The notes beneath the pieces are model-generated. The model was not told the origin of the DNA. It was given only the letters and a program-made list of their open reading frames with translations, and did not search any database. From sequence record NC_133255.1: a DNA stretch of 64,000 nucleotides; one strand, given 5' to 3'. This document shows, piece by piece, positions 41,326 through 50,341 of this stretch. The position numbers and the translations under genes are program-made. Every line of letters starts with the position of its first letter. Position 1 is the first letter of the stretch. This stretch comes from Escherichia phage vB_EcoS-26175I.

Positions 41326-41558
41326 TATTTAATTCCCATGTATCTTTTTAGGTATTCGATGAAGTCTTCAGCTTTATGCTCTTGACTGCCCTGAGCCACG
41401 AATAACTTTAGAACCTCACGCTGTTGTTTAAGAACAGAGACTTCTCTCCGCAATTTCACAGTATCGTCAATGATCTGGTTAGCATAACGAGTCTTGCGCA
41501 CAGCGGTATTGATAGCGAAGACTAGTGCGATTAGTAAAATAATTAATACATATTCCAT
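41325..41558 (-). CDS. small membrane protein
   Basis: 77-aa ORF, N-terminal TM helix. Confidence 0.45.
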   Translation of the reverse strand: MEYVLIILLIALVFAINTAVRKTRYANQIIDDTVKLRREVSVLKQQREVLKLFVAQGSQEHKAEDFIEYLKRYMGIK

Positions 41559-41845
41559 CAGTTACTCCAGATTAGCATCCAGCTCTTGTCGAACGTGGCT
41601 GCTCTGTTAATTAATTCGCCCATAGAAACGTTATTGTTGTCTATGGCTTCTTGTACAAACTCTTTACCGAAATCATCTACTAGGTATTCTGTACCATTTA
41701 TAATAATCTTGTAGAGAGTTGGGACTAAAGGATGTTGATGATTAAGAGGACTCTCGTTAACAATTATCTCATTCCTTCCCCACGTCGTCTTGAACAGTTT
41801 GTGGGAGAGTAGAGCTAATGGGTTTGACCAGACTACGTACTCCAT
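41558..41845 (-). CDS. hypothetical protein
   Basis: 95-aa ORF; 5' end overlaps upstream gene, so the true start is uncertain. Confidence 0.4.
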   Translation of the reverse strand: MEYVVWSNPLALLSHKLFKTTWGRNEIIVNESPLNHQHPLVPTLYKIIINGTEYLVDDFGKEFVQEAIDNNNVSMGELINRAATFDKSWMLIWSN

Positions 41846-42311
41846 CTTTCTTTAACTCCTGCTTTAACTTTTGATCTTTATTATACCAAATTATATGCTC
41901 ACCGTCAACTACAAATTTGTGGAAAGGTGCTGGTACGGTGTACACTCCATATTCTGTTAAGCGTGTCACAACTTTATGAGCGCATAATCGGCAACCATGT
42001 CCTTCTAAGTGAGACCGTGCAGTTTGCAAGAAGTAACCATCGTGATCTGGGCAATAGATCTCAACCTGCTGCTGCATAGTTCTATACTTAACTCTCTCAT
42101 ACCCAAAGAACTTACCATGTGCTTCTACAGCTCTCCTAATAAAAATAAGATTAAGTGCGTCTTGCTGGAAGTCTGGATGAAGTTGTTTAAGTTTAGTTCT
42201 ATTAATAGATCCATCTGATTTAGTGAATCTATTTATGGGGAATTGTAATGATTCCTCATAAAGTAATTCGTTTATTTTATCTCTCATAGTATACACGAAA
42301 GGCCAGAACAA
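41769..42311 (-). CDS. hypothetical protein with Cys/His cluster
   Basis: 180-aa ORF; CPDHDGYF...HLEGHGCRLCAH suggests metal binding. Confidence 0.5.
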   Translation of the reverse strand: MFWPFVYTMRDKINELLYEESLQFPINRFTKSDGSINRTKLKQLHPDFQQDALNLIFIRRAVEAHGKFFGYERVKYRTMQQQVEIYCPDHDGYFLQTARSHLEGHGCRLCAHKVVTRLTEYGVYTVPAPFHKFVVDGEHIIWYNKDQKLKQELKKDGVRSLVKPISSTLPQTVQDDVGKE

Positions 42312-42331
42312 TTAAGTCCTGGCCTCTAGGA

Positions 42332-42715
42332 TTAGTGAAGTTGCTTGCCGTTTAAGGCCATATCAGCAGTTTCCAGAAGAGATTCAGTAATCTCACGAGA
42401 AACTAGATATTCATCAATTGAGTGGCGGCGTTTATAGGCATAAGCATTAACAATCAGATCTAGAGCACCGAGAACATCATGAACAGTTACTTCTTCATCA
42501 TTATCTAGCTCTTCTTGGGTAATCTCGATTAACTGGCCAACTGCCATTAAAAGCCCAAGAATATCTGCTGTTTCACCTGCCACCAGCGGATTAGCACATC
42601 CTACTGTAAGATCGAAAGCATGATTGACAATTGACTGCCCATCAACGCTTCCTTCTTCAATCTGCTTCTCCAACTGCTTCATCTGCTCTAGCACTGGATT
42701 TTTCTTTTGTGTCAT
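42332..42715 (-). CDS. hypothetical acidic protein
   Basis: 127-aa ORF. Confidence 0.5.
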   Translation of the reverse strand: MTQKKNPVLEQMKQLEKQIEEGSVDGQSIVNHAFDLTVGCANPLVAGETADILGLLMAVGQLIEITQEELDNDEEVTVHDVLGALDLIVNAYAYKRRHSIDEYLVSREITESLLETADMALNGKQLH

Positions 42716-43124
42716 GGTAAAGATTTCCTGTATCAGTTGGAAGGAATGCCGACTGTGCCTTCGGCGGATGTTGTTTAGCGATCCAGTTGAAGATCAGTAC
42801 ACGGCTAGGAACGATATCAGTGTTATACCAGAAGTCATGAACCCAATGTCGTGCATCTTCGAACTTACCGAACTTATACGCTTTCTTAAACAGTTCAAAA
42901 CCAAAACAATCAGGTGCAAAATCTACATCACGATAAGGAATTACCTTAGAACCGGTGAGATCTTGAATCGCTGCATTAATCTCTGTATGCGAGAACTTCG
43001 TCTCATGGAAAGTATTAAAGAAGCGGTAATTAAAACGTCCGTTCGTTTCGACAAACAACTGGATGAATAAATCATTAAATTGGTCATCAAACCAGTAATT
43101 CTGTAATCTTTGCAGTGCTGTCAT
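42657..43124 (-). CDS. hypothetical protein
   Basis: 155-aa ORF, Phe/Trp-rich; 3' end overlaps downstream gene. Confidence 0.5.
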   Translation of the reverse strand: MTALQRLQNYWFDDQFNDLFIQLFVETNGRFNYRFFNTFHETKFSHTEINAAIQDLTGSKVIPYRDVDFAPDCFGFELFKKAYKFGKFEDARHWVHDFWYNTDIVPSRVLIFNWIAKQHPPKAQSAFLPTDTGNLYHDTKEKSSARADEAVGEAD

Positions 43125-43321
43125 TTACGAACTCCATTAATTGCTGCGATAACGCCTTCATACATGAAAGGAAGAGTTTGTGAAATGTGGAAATCTTGAA
43201 CTGTCCAACCAGCTTCTTGATACATAATGTTAATGATTGCATAACTTAACGTAAAAGCTGGTAGAATTATAAAGTAATCCCACGTTGCTTTTTGCAAGTT
43301 AGGGTTATAAAAATTAATCAT
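43121..43321 (-). CDS. small membrane protein
   Basis: 66-aa ORF. Confidence 0.4.
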   Translation of the reverse strand: MINFYNPNLQKATWDYFIILPAFTLSYAIINIMYQEAGWTVQDFHISQTLPFMYEGVIAAINGVRK

Positions 43322-43422
43322 CTATTTTTTAAGTCTCCGTATTACTTTGGCCTGCTCAACGATTATGAAAACGGCAACCACTAAACCGAAGATTAGGATT
43401 GCCGTAACAGTTGTTAAATCAA

Positions 43423-43755
43423 TCAAGGTAGACGCCAGACGTAATCTTTAGTCCACAATGGTTCAGGTTCATCATCATGTTCTAACAGTACAAACTCTGG
43501 AGAGTAGCTAGAGGCCAGTTCACGACGAACCATCTCACGTTCTTCACCAGATTGAATATTTTTAACAATCACTTTCATATTAAGAGGAGTTAACTCAGAA
43601 AGCGGTCGCCATAAGTCTTCCAGATCTATTTTAGTTTTATTCTGGATAGATTGAAGGACTTCTAGTGTCTGGTGGTCTACGTTAATAAATCCACGTTCAG
43701 TAACAAAACCTAGAAACTCGTCCAGCAGGGTTAATTCACTAAAATTAAGCTTCAT
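43423..43755 (-). CDS. hypothetical protein
   Basis: 110-aa ORF. Confidence 0.5.
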   Translation of the reverse strand: MKLNFSELTLLDEFLGFVTERGFINVDHQTLEVLQSIQNKTKIDLEDLWRPLSELTPLNMKVIVKNIQSGEEREMVRRELASSYSPEFVLLEHDDEPEPLWTKDYVWRLP

Positions 43756-43990
43756 CTTTCAGAATATCCTCGATCAGGTCAGAAGATTGCTGTAGTTCGT
43801 CTACAATGCGTTTAACGTCGGTTTTTGTTACTTTACCTGCCAACATCGTGAACAGCATAGCAACGATGATGATAGGAACTGGCAGAACAAACAGTGCTAC
43901 TTTACCAATGTTCTTCGGAGTCCATGTATGATACTTAGTAACCAGAATACCAACAATAACCAGATAAAAAGCTAAGATAATTAACATCAT
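43745..43990 (-). CDS. membrane protein
   Basis: 81-aa ORF, two TM helices. Confidence 0.45.
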   Translation of the reverse strand: MMLIILAFYLVIVGILVTKYHTWTPKNIGKVALFVLPVPIIIVAMLFTMLAGKVTKTDVKRIVDELQQSSDLIEDILKDEA

Positions 43991-44283
43991 TTCTTAATCT
44001 CCGTGATTACCTGAGCGCGCAGGACTTTAATAGGAAGTTTAGTATTACCAACAAGAGCTTCAACATTCTTTAGCTTTTCTTTAAGAAGATCTGAACGTCT
44101 TTGTGTATCCTCGATATCTTTTTCAGCAGCTATATATTTTTCCCAAAGCGCATTGTTGGTAGCCTTCATTGCTTCCATATTTTTACTAGCATTAAGAATG
44201 CCAATGATTCCTCCAATTGCTGCTAAAGTAGTAAGAACCAGCAATCCAATTAAAATTTCTGTAATCATTAAGTGCTCCTGCAT
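43987..44283 (-). CDS. membrane-anchored coiled-coil protein
   Basis: 98-aa ORF, N-terminal TM helix. Confidence 0.45.
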   Translation of the reverse strand: MQEHLMITEILIGLLVLTTLAAIGGIIGILNASKNMEAMKATNNALWEKYIAAEKDIEDTQRRSDLLKEKLKNVEALVGNTKLPIKVLRAQVITEIKK

Positions 44284-44428
44284 TTTTCATTATCTGGGAT
44301 ATTTTTGCACATTTCTACTTTTAATTCCTTCACTGAATCCTCTAAATGGGACACTTTACCATGAATAAATCCTAATACCATTGCTTGGAAAGCTAGTACT
44401 ACTACTAATATAGCTAGTTTAGCTTCCA

Positions 44429-44698
44429 TTATTTCTTACCTTTCAGTTGCTTAACTTCACGCTCAAAAGATGCTGCACGACGTTCGGCAGTTGCCTGATG
44501 CTCTTTCGCAAAACGTGCTTCCTGTTTTGCTAGGTTGAATGCCATAGCATTCTTGTTCAGAGAATCATACATCTTTTTCATTGCCGGAATAGACATCTTC
44601 ATGAGCTGACCTTCAAACCCTTGCATGTCCAGCAGGATAGCCAATACGTTTGCCATTTCAGTTTTAGTCATGTTTTCCATTTGAACTTCCTCTCTCAT
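44429..44698 (-). CDS. hypothetical protein
   Basis: 89-aa ORF immediately downstream of an early promoter. Confidence 0.5.
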   Translation of the reverse strand: MREEVQMENMTKTEMANVLAILLDMQGFEGQLMKMSIPAMKKMYDSLNKNAMAFNLAKQEARFAKEHQATAERRAASFEREVKQLKGKK

Positions 44699-44712
44699 TA
44701 ATTTATAATTAT

Positions 44713-44741
44713 ATTATATAAGATTTCTGGACATTTAGCAA
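44713..44741 (-). promoter_or_regulatory. sigma70-type early promoter (TTGCTA-17-TATAAT)
   Basis: Minus strand: TTGCTA at 44741-44736, 17-bp spacer, TATAAT at 44718-44713; conserved downstream ATAATTATAAATTAATG. Confidence 0.75.
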
Positions 44742-44754
44742 GTAAATTATTTAT

Positions 44755-45186
44755 TTACCAATCGTTAACGAAACCTGAGAACTCCGAAGCAAATACTAAC
44801 TCAAATTTCTCAGCAATTTCAGGATAATCCTTACAGATCAGTTCGATGCACTTCTCAGGTTCCATACCGTCTTCTTCAGGATCACCGTAATACTTGTCCC
44901 AAAGATCATCTGGAATAACTTGCTCGGCTATATCTTGGAAGTTCACTAACTGATAGCGTGGAGTATCTTCATTAATAAAGATCTCCTGCAATTCCTCAGA
45001 TACTTCTCCCCTATAATCGGAAATTAGCAGAGCATTGCAAGTAAAACATTCCCACATCATCAAACGCTCAGAAATCGGGTTCGATCTGTCTTGAACATAG
45101 GACTGAAAGACTGCCTTAAAAGTAGCTTTAACTTGCTCAAACTTATCTGCTGTTGCGATTAAAAGTGCTTTATCAATCTTTTGCAT
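44755..45186 (-). CDS. hypothetical acidic protein
   Basis: 143-aa ORF. Confidence 0.5.
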   Translation of the reverse strand: MQKIDKALLIATADKFEQVKATFKAVFQSYVQDRSNPISERLMMWECFTCNALLISDYRGEVSEELQEIFINEDTPRYQLVNFQDIAEQVIPDDLWDKYYGDPEEDGMEPEKCIELICKDYPEIAEKFELVFASEFSGFVNDW

Positions 45187-45216
45187 TTTGATTCCTTCTC
45201 ATCAATTTATAAAGTA

Positions 45217-45245
45217 ATTATACAGAAAACTAAGCATTTTAGCAA
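45217..45245 (-). promoter_or_regulatory. sigma70-type early promoter (TTGCTA-17-TATAAT)
   Basis: Minus strand -35 TTGCTA, 17-bp spacer, -10 TATAAT, conserved TTTATAAATTGATGAG downstream. Confidence 0.75.
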
Positions 45246-45347
45246 ATGAAGTTTTAAAATAAAAGGCCTAAGCCTAGGCCCGTAAAGAAAGAGATAAGAA
45301 CTACTATCCCTATTGCTATAAATATCTCACGAGCCATGCCATCAAAA

Positions 45348-45938
45348 TCAAACATTAATATCTCCCCTTAATACTGCTGCCACATCTTCACCGATTTGGA
45401 GTACTTCACCAGTAGTGCAGTTAACCACTTTATCATAGCTTGTGAACTTGCCAGACACAATATCTTCTAGAGGAATAGGAGTCTTACTCATCTCAAAAGA
45501 GACGTTGATATAATGTGGGTCACGCACAGAATTGGTGTGCACATGTCCGTGAATATTTAGCTTACCACGAAGTTCTGCTTCGTGCAATGGACAGTGTGAC
45601 AGCCAAAACTTCTTGCCACCACCTGTTTGCTTACCTAGAGCCTGAATATCATCATAAACGTCTACAAGATCTTTAATACGCAGACCCTGACGTTCAGCAT
45701 CGTGGTTGCCCATGATTAACTGGTTAGGCACATTGTGGATAACCGACTTTAATTTAGCCAACCCTTCACGCCCCACGGCAATATCCCCTAGCAAGACGAG
45801 CTTAGTACGCTTGCCAATGTGCTTGGACAAAGTATCTAGGATATATTCATCATGTTCTTTCATGTTCTTAAACCACGGACGGAAGCGAAGAGTTCCAGGG
45901 TGGTCTAAGTGCAAATCCGACCAGAATTTAACTTTCAT
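45348..45938 (-). CDS. calcineurin-like metallophosphoesterase
   Basis: 196-aa ORF; motifs DLHLDH, GDIAVG, GNHD, GHVH. Confidence 0.8.
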   Translation of the reverse strand: MKVKFWSDLHLDHPGTLRFRPWFKNMKEHDEYILDTLSKHIGKRTKLVLLGDIAVGREGLAKLKSVIHNVPNQLIMGNHDAERQGLRIKDLVDVYDDIQALGKQTGGGKKFWLSHCPLHEAELRGKLNIHGHVHTNSVRDPHYINVSFEMSKTPIPLEDIVSGKFTSYDKVVNCTTGEVLQIGEDVAAVLRGDINV

Positions 45939-46144
45939 TATTTATTCCTTACACATGTGGATGTAATAGTATAACTATCGTAGAATATACCTTTTGTGAG
46001 TCCAATTTGAATACTGGAATAATCTAGCTCACCTCCAGCTACATCACATAAGTGTTTTGTATCTTCTGCAGTAAATCTCATATTATCATCGTAGGAATCA
46101 CATCCAGCTAGTATTAGTACTGATAATAGTAGTAATCTCTTCAT
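45938..46144 (-). CDS. small lipoprotein
   Basis: 68-aa ORF; signal peptide MKRLLLLSVLILAGC with lipobox. Confidence 0.6.
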   Translation of the reverse strand: MKRLLLLSVLILAGCDSYDDNMRFTAEDTKHLCDVAGGELDYSSIQIGLTKGIFYDSYTITSTCVRNK

Positions 46145-46511
46145 TACAGAACTTCCTCCGCATATTTATTCCAACCCTGACAATAACTACTAATACCACG
46201 AAGTTTGAATATTTCATCATGAATCTCATGATGTTCTTTTTGCTTCTTGATATCCTTTGTCAAGTTCTTCTTGTCGTGCTTGCTCAAAATCAACACGATT
46301 CTCTAGCATTTTCCAGACTTCTTCATACTCTGGCCAGTCATGCTCTACCACAACGGTTTTGAGATCCTTTTTCCACGTTGTGCTCGACTATACCAGAGCT
46401 TAGTTAGTATATGTTCCAAACTAACTATAGTACTATCACTGATATGCCCTAATTCTAGGGCTTTCTCAATATCAGACAACTTTATTACTACATAACGTTC
46501 TTCACGTTCCA

Positions 46512-47390
46512 TTATAGAATCCTCTGTACACCACAGCTATCATTTTTATCTGTGGTAAATGTCAAGATCTTACCAGCTTCATCATTAACTTGCGCAACCG
46601 TCAACTGCCCATTGAAAACACCGCCAGTATCGAGATAAACACGGTTCTTGTACAGAATTGGGTAAGGAACACCAGTGTGACCATGGAATACGAAATCTAC
46701 ACTTTCAACTTCTGGCACTTCCACAGTCAGTTCATCTTTAAATCCTGCATAACGCTGGAAATAGGGGTGCTCTGCACCTTGCTTAGACAGATGAAAACCA
46801 ATTTCCTGAATTACATCACGATCCCATAGATATGGCTCAATGTAATAACTAGGATGATCATTAGGATCATTTTCACTTGCAGCGATATGATCAATAATAT
46901 CATCCCAATTAGGTGTATGTACATCGAATCCCGCATCTTTATATTGGAATGGTATTCCACCATGAACAACACCATATTTCTTGCCACGATGGAGTACAGT
47001 CATGAATACTGGCATTTTAACTGCCATATCTTCTGCGATACCTTTAATTGTATCGGTATCTAGATCATTCATTGCCCACATTCCACCATTATACATCCAG
47101 TTGGCGTAGTCACCAGCAATCATAAACTGATCATGGTTGCCACGAACGCTGCGGAAGCGTGGGTTATATAAGAATTTGGCTAGAACCTGTAAGTTCTGCG
47201 GGCCACGGTCGATCAGGTCTCCAACACAGACAACATAGTCACGCTTTTCTTTATACCCTGCTAGTTTAAGAGCATCTTCCAACATATCATTACAGCCGTG
47301 AATATCTCCTACGAAGAACAGGTTAACATCATCTGGTACTACTAACATTTCATGCAGGTTAACTTCTTTTTTCATTATCGAGTCATCCAA
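46512..47390 (-). CDS. Ser/Thr protein phosphatase (PPP family)
   Basis: 292-aa ORF; motifs GDIHG, GDLIDRG, GNHD. Confidence 0.85.
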   Translation of the reverse strand: MDDSIMKKEVNLHEMLVVPDDVNLFFVGDIHGCNDMLEDALKLAGYKEKRDYVVCVGDLIDRGPQNLQVLAKFLYNPRFRSVRGNHDQFMIAGDYANWMYNGGMWAMNDLDTDTIKGIAEDMAVKMPVFMTVLHRGKKYGVVHGGIPFQYKDAGFDVHTPNWDDIIDHIAASENDPNDHPSYYIEPYLWDRDVIQEIGFHLSKQGAEHPYFQRYAGFKDELTVEVPEVESVDFVFHGHTGVPYPILYKNRVYLDTGGVFNGQLTVAQVNDEAGKILTFTTDKNDSCGVQRIL

Positions 47391-47755
47391 TTAGTGTGTT
47401 TTTCAGCTTCTGTATCATTTGGCTCAAAGACAACATGACAGTCTACTACTTCCCAGAAGCATTCACGGATAATAGCATTTTGCTCTGCAATATCCAGCTC
47501 TTCCCACTCTTCCATTGTTTCTAGGTCAGTATCAACTTCGGTATCAGCCCCAACCAAGCCCAAAGTAACAACAATAGTAACGCTACCTTCACGTTCTTCG
47601 GGATAAGCTTCAGCATATTCCCAAGCAGCTTGTTCAACATAATATTCTTGTTCCTTTTCAGTCAGTGACTTATACTTTTCTTCTGTGATCCCCATTTCTA
47701 CAGCACGAGTACCACAGACCACGTTGTTATGTATTATAAGATATGCGTAATTCAA
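47375..47755 (-). CDS. hypothetical acidic protein
   Basis: 126-aa ORF downstream of an early promoter. Confidence 0.5.
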   Translation of the reverse strand: MNYAYLIIHNNVVCGTRAVEMGITEEKYKSLTEKEQEYYVEQAAWEYAEAYPEEREGSVTIVVTLGLVGADTEVDTDLETMEEWEELDIAEQNAIIRECFWEVVDCHVVFEPNDTEAEKHTNWMTR

Positions 47756-47786
47756 TGTGATACTCCTCTCATCAATTTATACATAT

Positions 47787-47815
47787 ATTATATCAAAATT
47801 TTTAGCAGAAAGCAA
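47787..47815 (-). promoter_or_regulatory. sigma70-type early promoter (TTGCTT-17-TATAAT)
   Basis: Minus strand -35 TTGCTT, 17-bp spacer, -10 TATAAT. Confidence 0.75.
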
Positions 47816-47819
47816 GTAA

Positions 47820-47851
47820 TAAAAAAGCCTAGTCAGCTAAGACTAGGCTTT
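47820..47851 (-). terminator. rho-independent terminator
   Basis: Hairpin AGCCTAGTC-N6-GACTAGGCT followed by T6 on the minus strand. Confidence 0.7.
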
Positions 47852-47856
47852 GGGTG

Positions 47857-48147
47857 TTAATCCCTTGGATTATCTTCCAAGAAGTTTTTGATTGCATCGT
47901 GCATAGTTTCTTTACGAAGTTGACGACCAATCAGAATGTGGTTGGCTTCCACACGACCATTAGGGAGACGATCGGCTAAAACTACTACAGGTACTTGTCT
48001 AACACCGAACTTCTGCATAAGTTCTGTGTTATCAGTCTCTTTATGAACTTCTAGACTGTAGTCCTGTACTACTTTATCAAATACAGGCTCGAAAAGTTTA
48101 CAAGGATTGCAGGTAGATCCCTTCAGTAGATATACTAATTTACTCAT
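47857..48147 (-). CDS. thioredoxin/glutaredoxin-like protein
   Basis: 96-aa ORF; CxxC active-site-like motif CNPC near N-terminus. Confidence 0.55.
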   Translation of the reverse strand: MSKLVYLLKGSTCNPCKLFEPVFDKVVQDYSLEVHKETDNTELMQKFGVRQVPVVVLADRLPNGRVEANHILIGRQLRKETMHDAIKNFLEDNPRD

Positions 48148-48550
48148 GTTTATTAATGGCCTCCAAAAATGCCTTCATCACTTTAACAGTTGCAGTGCTA
48201 AGATCTAATGTAACACCTAAGCACTCGGATACAGCAGCTTGATAAGGGGCTTTTAGCCTGCCTTCCGGTACTTGTACTTTCTTATAGGTTTTCTTCTTGA
48301 CTTTATCCAGCATCGTTTCAAGAACATTGAGAGGCAACTTCTGACCTTCAATATTCACGCCAAGCTCTTCCATTAGCATGGTATTTAAGTCAATACGAGT
48401 AAGTTTCTTGCCCTTGCTAGACATACGAATTCCCGCCTTTTTCTCAAGTTTTGCACGCTCTGGTGAATCGAGGTCACGTAATGCGATGTTCAATTCATAC
48501 GGAGCCATATTGTAATGGTTAGCCATCTGAGTATAGTAACGATCTGACAT
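48140..48550 (-). CDS. hypothetical protein
   Basis: 136-aa ORF downstream of an early promoter. Confidence 0.5.
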   Translation of the reverse strand: MSDRYYTQMANHYNMAPYELNIALRDLDSPERAKLEKKAGIRMSSKGKKLTRIDLNTMLMEELGVNIEGQKLPLNVLETMLDKVKKKTYKKVQVPEGRLKAPYQAAVSECLGVTLDLSTATVKVMKAFLEAINKHE

Positions 48551-48583
48551 TTGTGAAACTCCTCTGATTCAATTTATACAAAT

Positions 48584-48612
48584 ATTATATAAAAATTTCA
48601 GCGGAAAGTCAA
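48584..48612 (-). promoter_or_regulatory. sigma70-type early promoter (TTGACT-17-TATAAT)
   Basis: Minus strand -35 TTGACT, 17-bp spacer, -10 TATAAT. Confidence 0.75.
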
Positions 48613-48625
48613 TTACTTTTTTATA

Positions 48626-49042
48626 TTAATGTGCTTGATGTGGGAATCTCTTCCTAACTAAGTACATAGTTATTGGATATACTGAATACATAAGTATAGG
48701 GGAGAAAAGGGTGAAATAAGCCGTGACTCCCCCAGCTAACATTAGTGGTATCAATGCTAGAGTAAGGGCCATAAGAATCATACCGAATGAGACAGCCAGG
48801 GCTACTGTGATGCAGTTTTCTAACTCCATCCAAAGCCAACAATATTTCGTATTTCTCTGGCAGTTGCATTTGCAAACGCCGAATGTGCCCATAATTATAT
48901 ACTCTAGCCCATGAATGACTTTCTTTAATGTATCATTTTGGGTAGCTAGTGCGACAACAGTGAGAATTATCATTAAGATGAAAACTACTAGGCTTATTTT
49001 CCATATTCCTAGTAATATCATGGTGAATAGTTCTGCAAACAT
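48626..49042 (-). CDS. integral membrane protein
   Basis: 138-aa ORF with at least three hydrophobic helices. Confidence 0.5.
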   Translation of the reverse strand: MFAELFTMILLGIWKISLVVFILMIILTVVALATQNDTLKKVIHGLEYIIMGTFGVCKCNCQRNTKYCWLWMELENCITVALAVSFGMILMALTLALIPLMLAGGVTAYFTLFSPILMYSVYPITMYLVRKRFPHQAH

Positions 49043-49082
49043 GGCTTTCTCCTATCATTAAGTTTTTAAAGCCCCCTTTTGC

Positions 49083-49108
49083 TTTAAAAGGCGGGGTAAC
49101 TCCCGCCT
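49083..49108 (-). terminator. putative terminator after endolysin gene
   Basis: Hairpin GGCGGG-N6-CCCGCC followed by CTTTTAAAG on minus strand. Confidence 0.45.
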
Positions 49109-49118
49109 TGATTTATTA

Positions 49119-49532
49119 TCAGGCTAATTCTACGTGACCACCGTCGTAAGTACCACGATCGATCTCATCATGATAATCACCAGAACTATTCCAGTCGGCA
49201 CCAAAACGAAGTTTGATACCAAGTTCCTTACCAGCTTGTTCAAAAGCCTTCTTAACAGCCCAAAATGCTTCCAGATCTTTCCAATCAATCTTACCATTAA
49301 TATATGGTGCAAAATCTATAGCATCTCCAGTTACATGCTTACTTTTGCTAGGGTCTTTCAAGAATGAAGTACCATTAGCAATATTTTGGGCACTTTGTGC
49401 TACTGTACGAATACCTTGTACGATTGTGAAATCGTATGGGGATAGTTCTAAAGCCCTACGAGCTACCTTTTGTAGCTCGGGCTTAACAGTTGCTAATTGT
49501 TTTTCACTATTTTTACCAAATTTAAAACTCAT
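49119..49532 (-). CDS. lys: endolysin, L-alanyl-D-glutamate peptidase
   Basis: 137-aa ORF; sequence MSFKFGKNSEKQLATVKPEL...GDAIDFAPY...DYHDEIDRGTYDGGHVE matches my recollection of T5 endolysin almost residue for residue. Confidence 0.85.
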   Translation of the reverse strand: MSFKFGKNSEKQLATVKPELQKVARRALELSPYDFTIVQGIRTVAQSAQNIANGTSFLKDPSKSKHVTGDAIDFAPYINGKIDWKDLEAFWAVKKAFEQAGKELGIKLRFGADWNSSGDYHDEIDRGTYDGGHVELA

Positions 49533-50185
49533 ATAGATCTACCTAATGATCTCCGTTGTGGGGAACAGAGCTTTGCTAAGTACTCATTAAATTGTTCCGA
49601 ATCAGCTGTATCTACGGGTTTATCCTTCCATGCAATACCTATGTATCCAGCATAGATATTATTTAGGTTGAAATATGGACAAGTGTAGACGTAATTAAAA
49701 GTAATGTTCTTAAATGCTGGTATATTTGACCCCGTATACTTATTTACTTTTACACTTAAATCCGCAGCGTAGTTAAAGCCTTCCAGGTGACGTCTATAAA
49801 GTTCAGACGTCTTATTTACTGCTTTATCGGCCAAGTCAGCCCTATCCAATTGCGCATTGCTTTCCCATGCAATAATGTTTGAATAATCATTTATAGCATC
49901 TGGTTTATACTTTACTACAAAAACGGCATCCGCACCAGTCTGGGAGAAAAGAACCATACTCTTTTCTCGTGCTACATTAGGAAAGTTATCTATCCTTTGG
50001 GTTTGAACATCCTGTAAAACCGAAGACGTGGAGAAAGTCTTTAAAAATGACATCACCTCGCTAGTGTTACTTACAAACAAGAAAATAATGACAGCAACTA
50101 AGATAGTTAGCAGACGTTTTAGTAGCGAAGCTGGATCTTTCGCTTCTTGTAGCAGTATCGTTAATAGTTGTATAAACTTTTCCAC
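49529..50185 (-). CDS. holin (putative)
   Basis: 218-aa ORF immediately upstream of and overlapping endolysin start; N-terminal TM helix. Confidence 0.6.
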   Translation of the reverse strand: MEKFIQLLTILLQEAKDPASLLKRLLTILVAVIIFLFVSNTSEVMSFLKTFSTSSVLQDVQTQRIDNFPNVAREKSMVLFSQTGADAVFVVKYKPDAINDYSNIIAWESNAQLDRADLADKAVNKTSELYRRHLEGFNYAADLSVKVNKYTGSNIPAFKNITFNYVYTCPYFNLNNIYAGYIGIAWKDKPVDTADSEQFNEYLAKLCSPQRRSLGRSI

Positions 50186-50209
50186 TTGTAACCTCCTCTA
50201 ACCACTACC

Positions 50210-50238
50210 ATTATACTAATTCTAGAGTAAAATTACAA
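50210..50238 (-). promoter_or_regulatory. putative promoter upstream of holin (TTGTAA-17-TATAAT)
   Basis: Minus strand -35 TTGTAA, 17-bp spacer, -10 TATAAT. Confidence 0.45.
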
Positions 50239-50299
50239 TGTGTTTTTTAAGATCACTTCTGGAGCACAATTTTTTGTCGTTGTCAAGAAGAATTTTAGG

Positions 50300-50332
50300 C
50301 AAAAGAAAAGCCAGAGTCGTTAAACTCTGGCT
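50300..50332 (-). terminator. rho-independent terminator
   Basis: Hairpin GCCAGAGT-N6-ACTCTGGC followed by TTTTCTTTT on minus strand. Confidence 0.65.
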
Positions 50333-50341
50333 TAAAACTAC

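Noticed and set aside
45254-45281. Terminator hairpin GGCCTAAGCCTAGGCC
   Set aside because: The hairpin lies within a possible 33-aa minus-strand micro-ORF (MFDFDGMAREIFIAIGIVVLISFFTGLGLGLLF) and the flanking T-run is weak; not reported as a feature.
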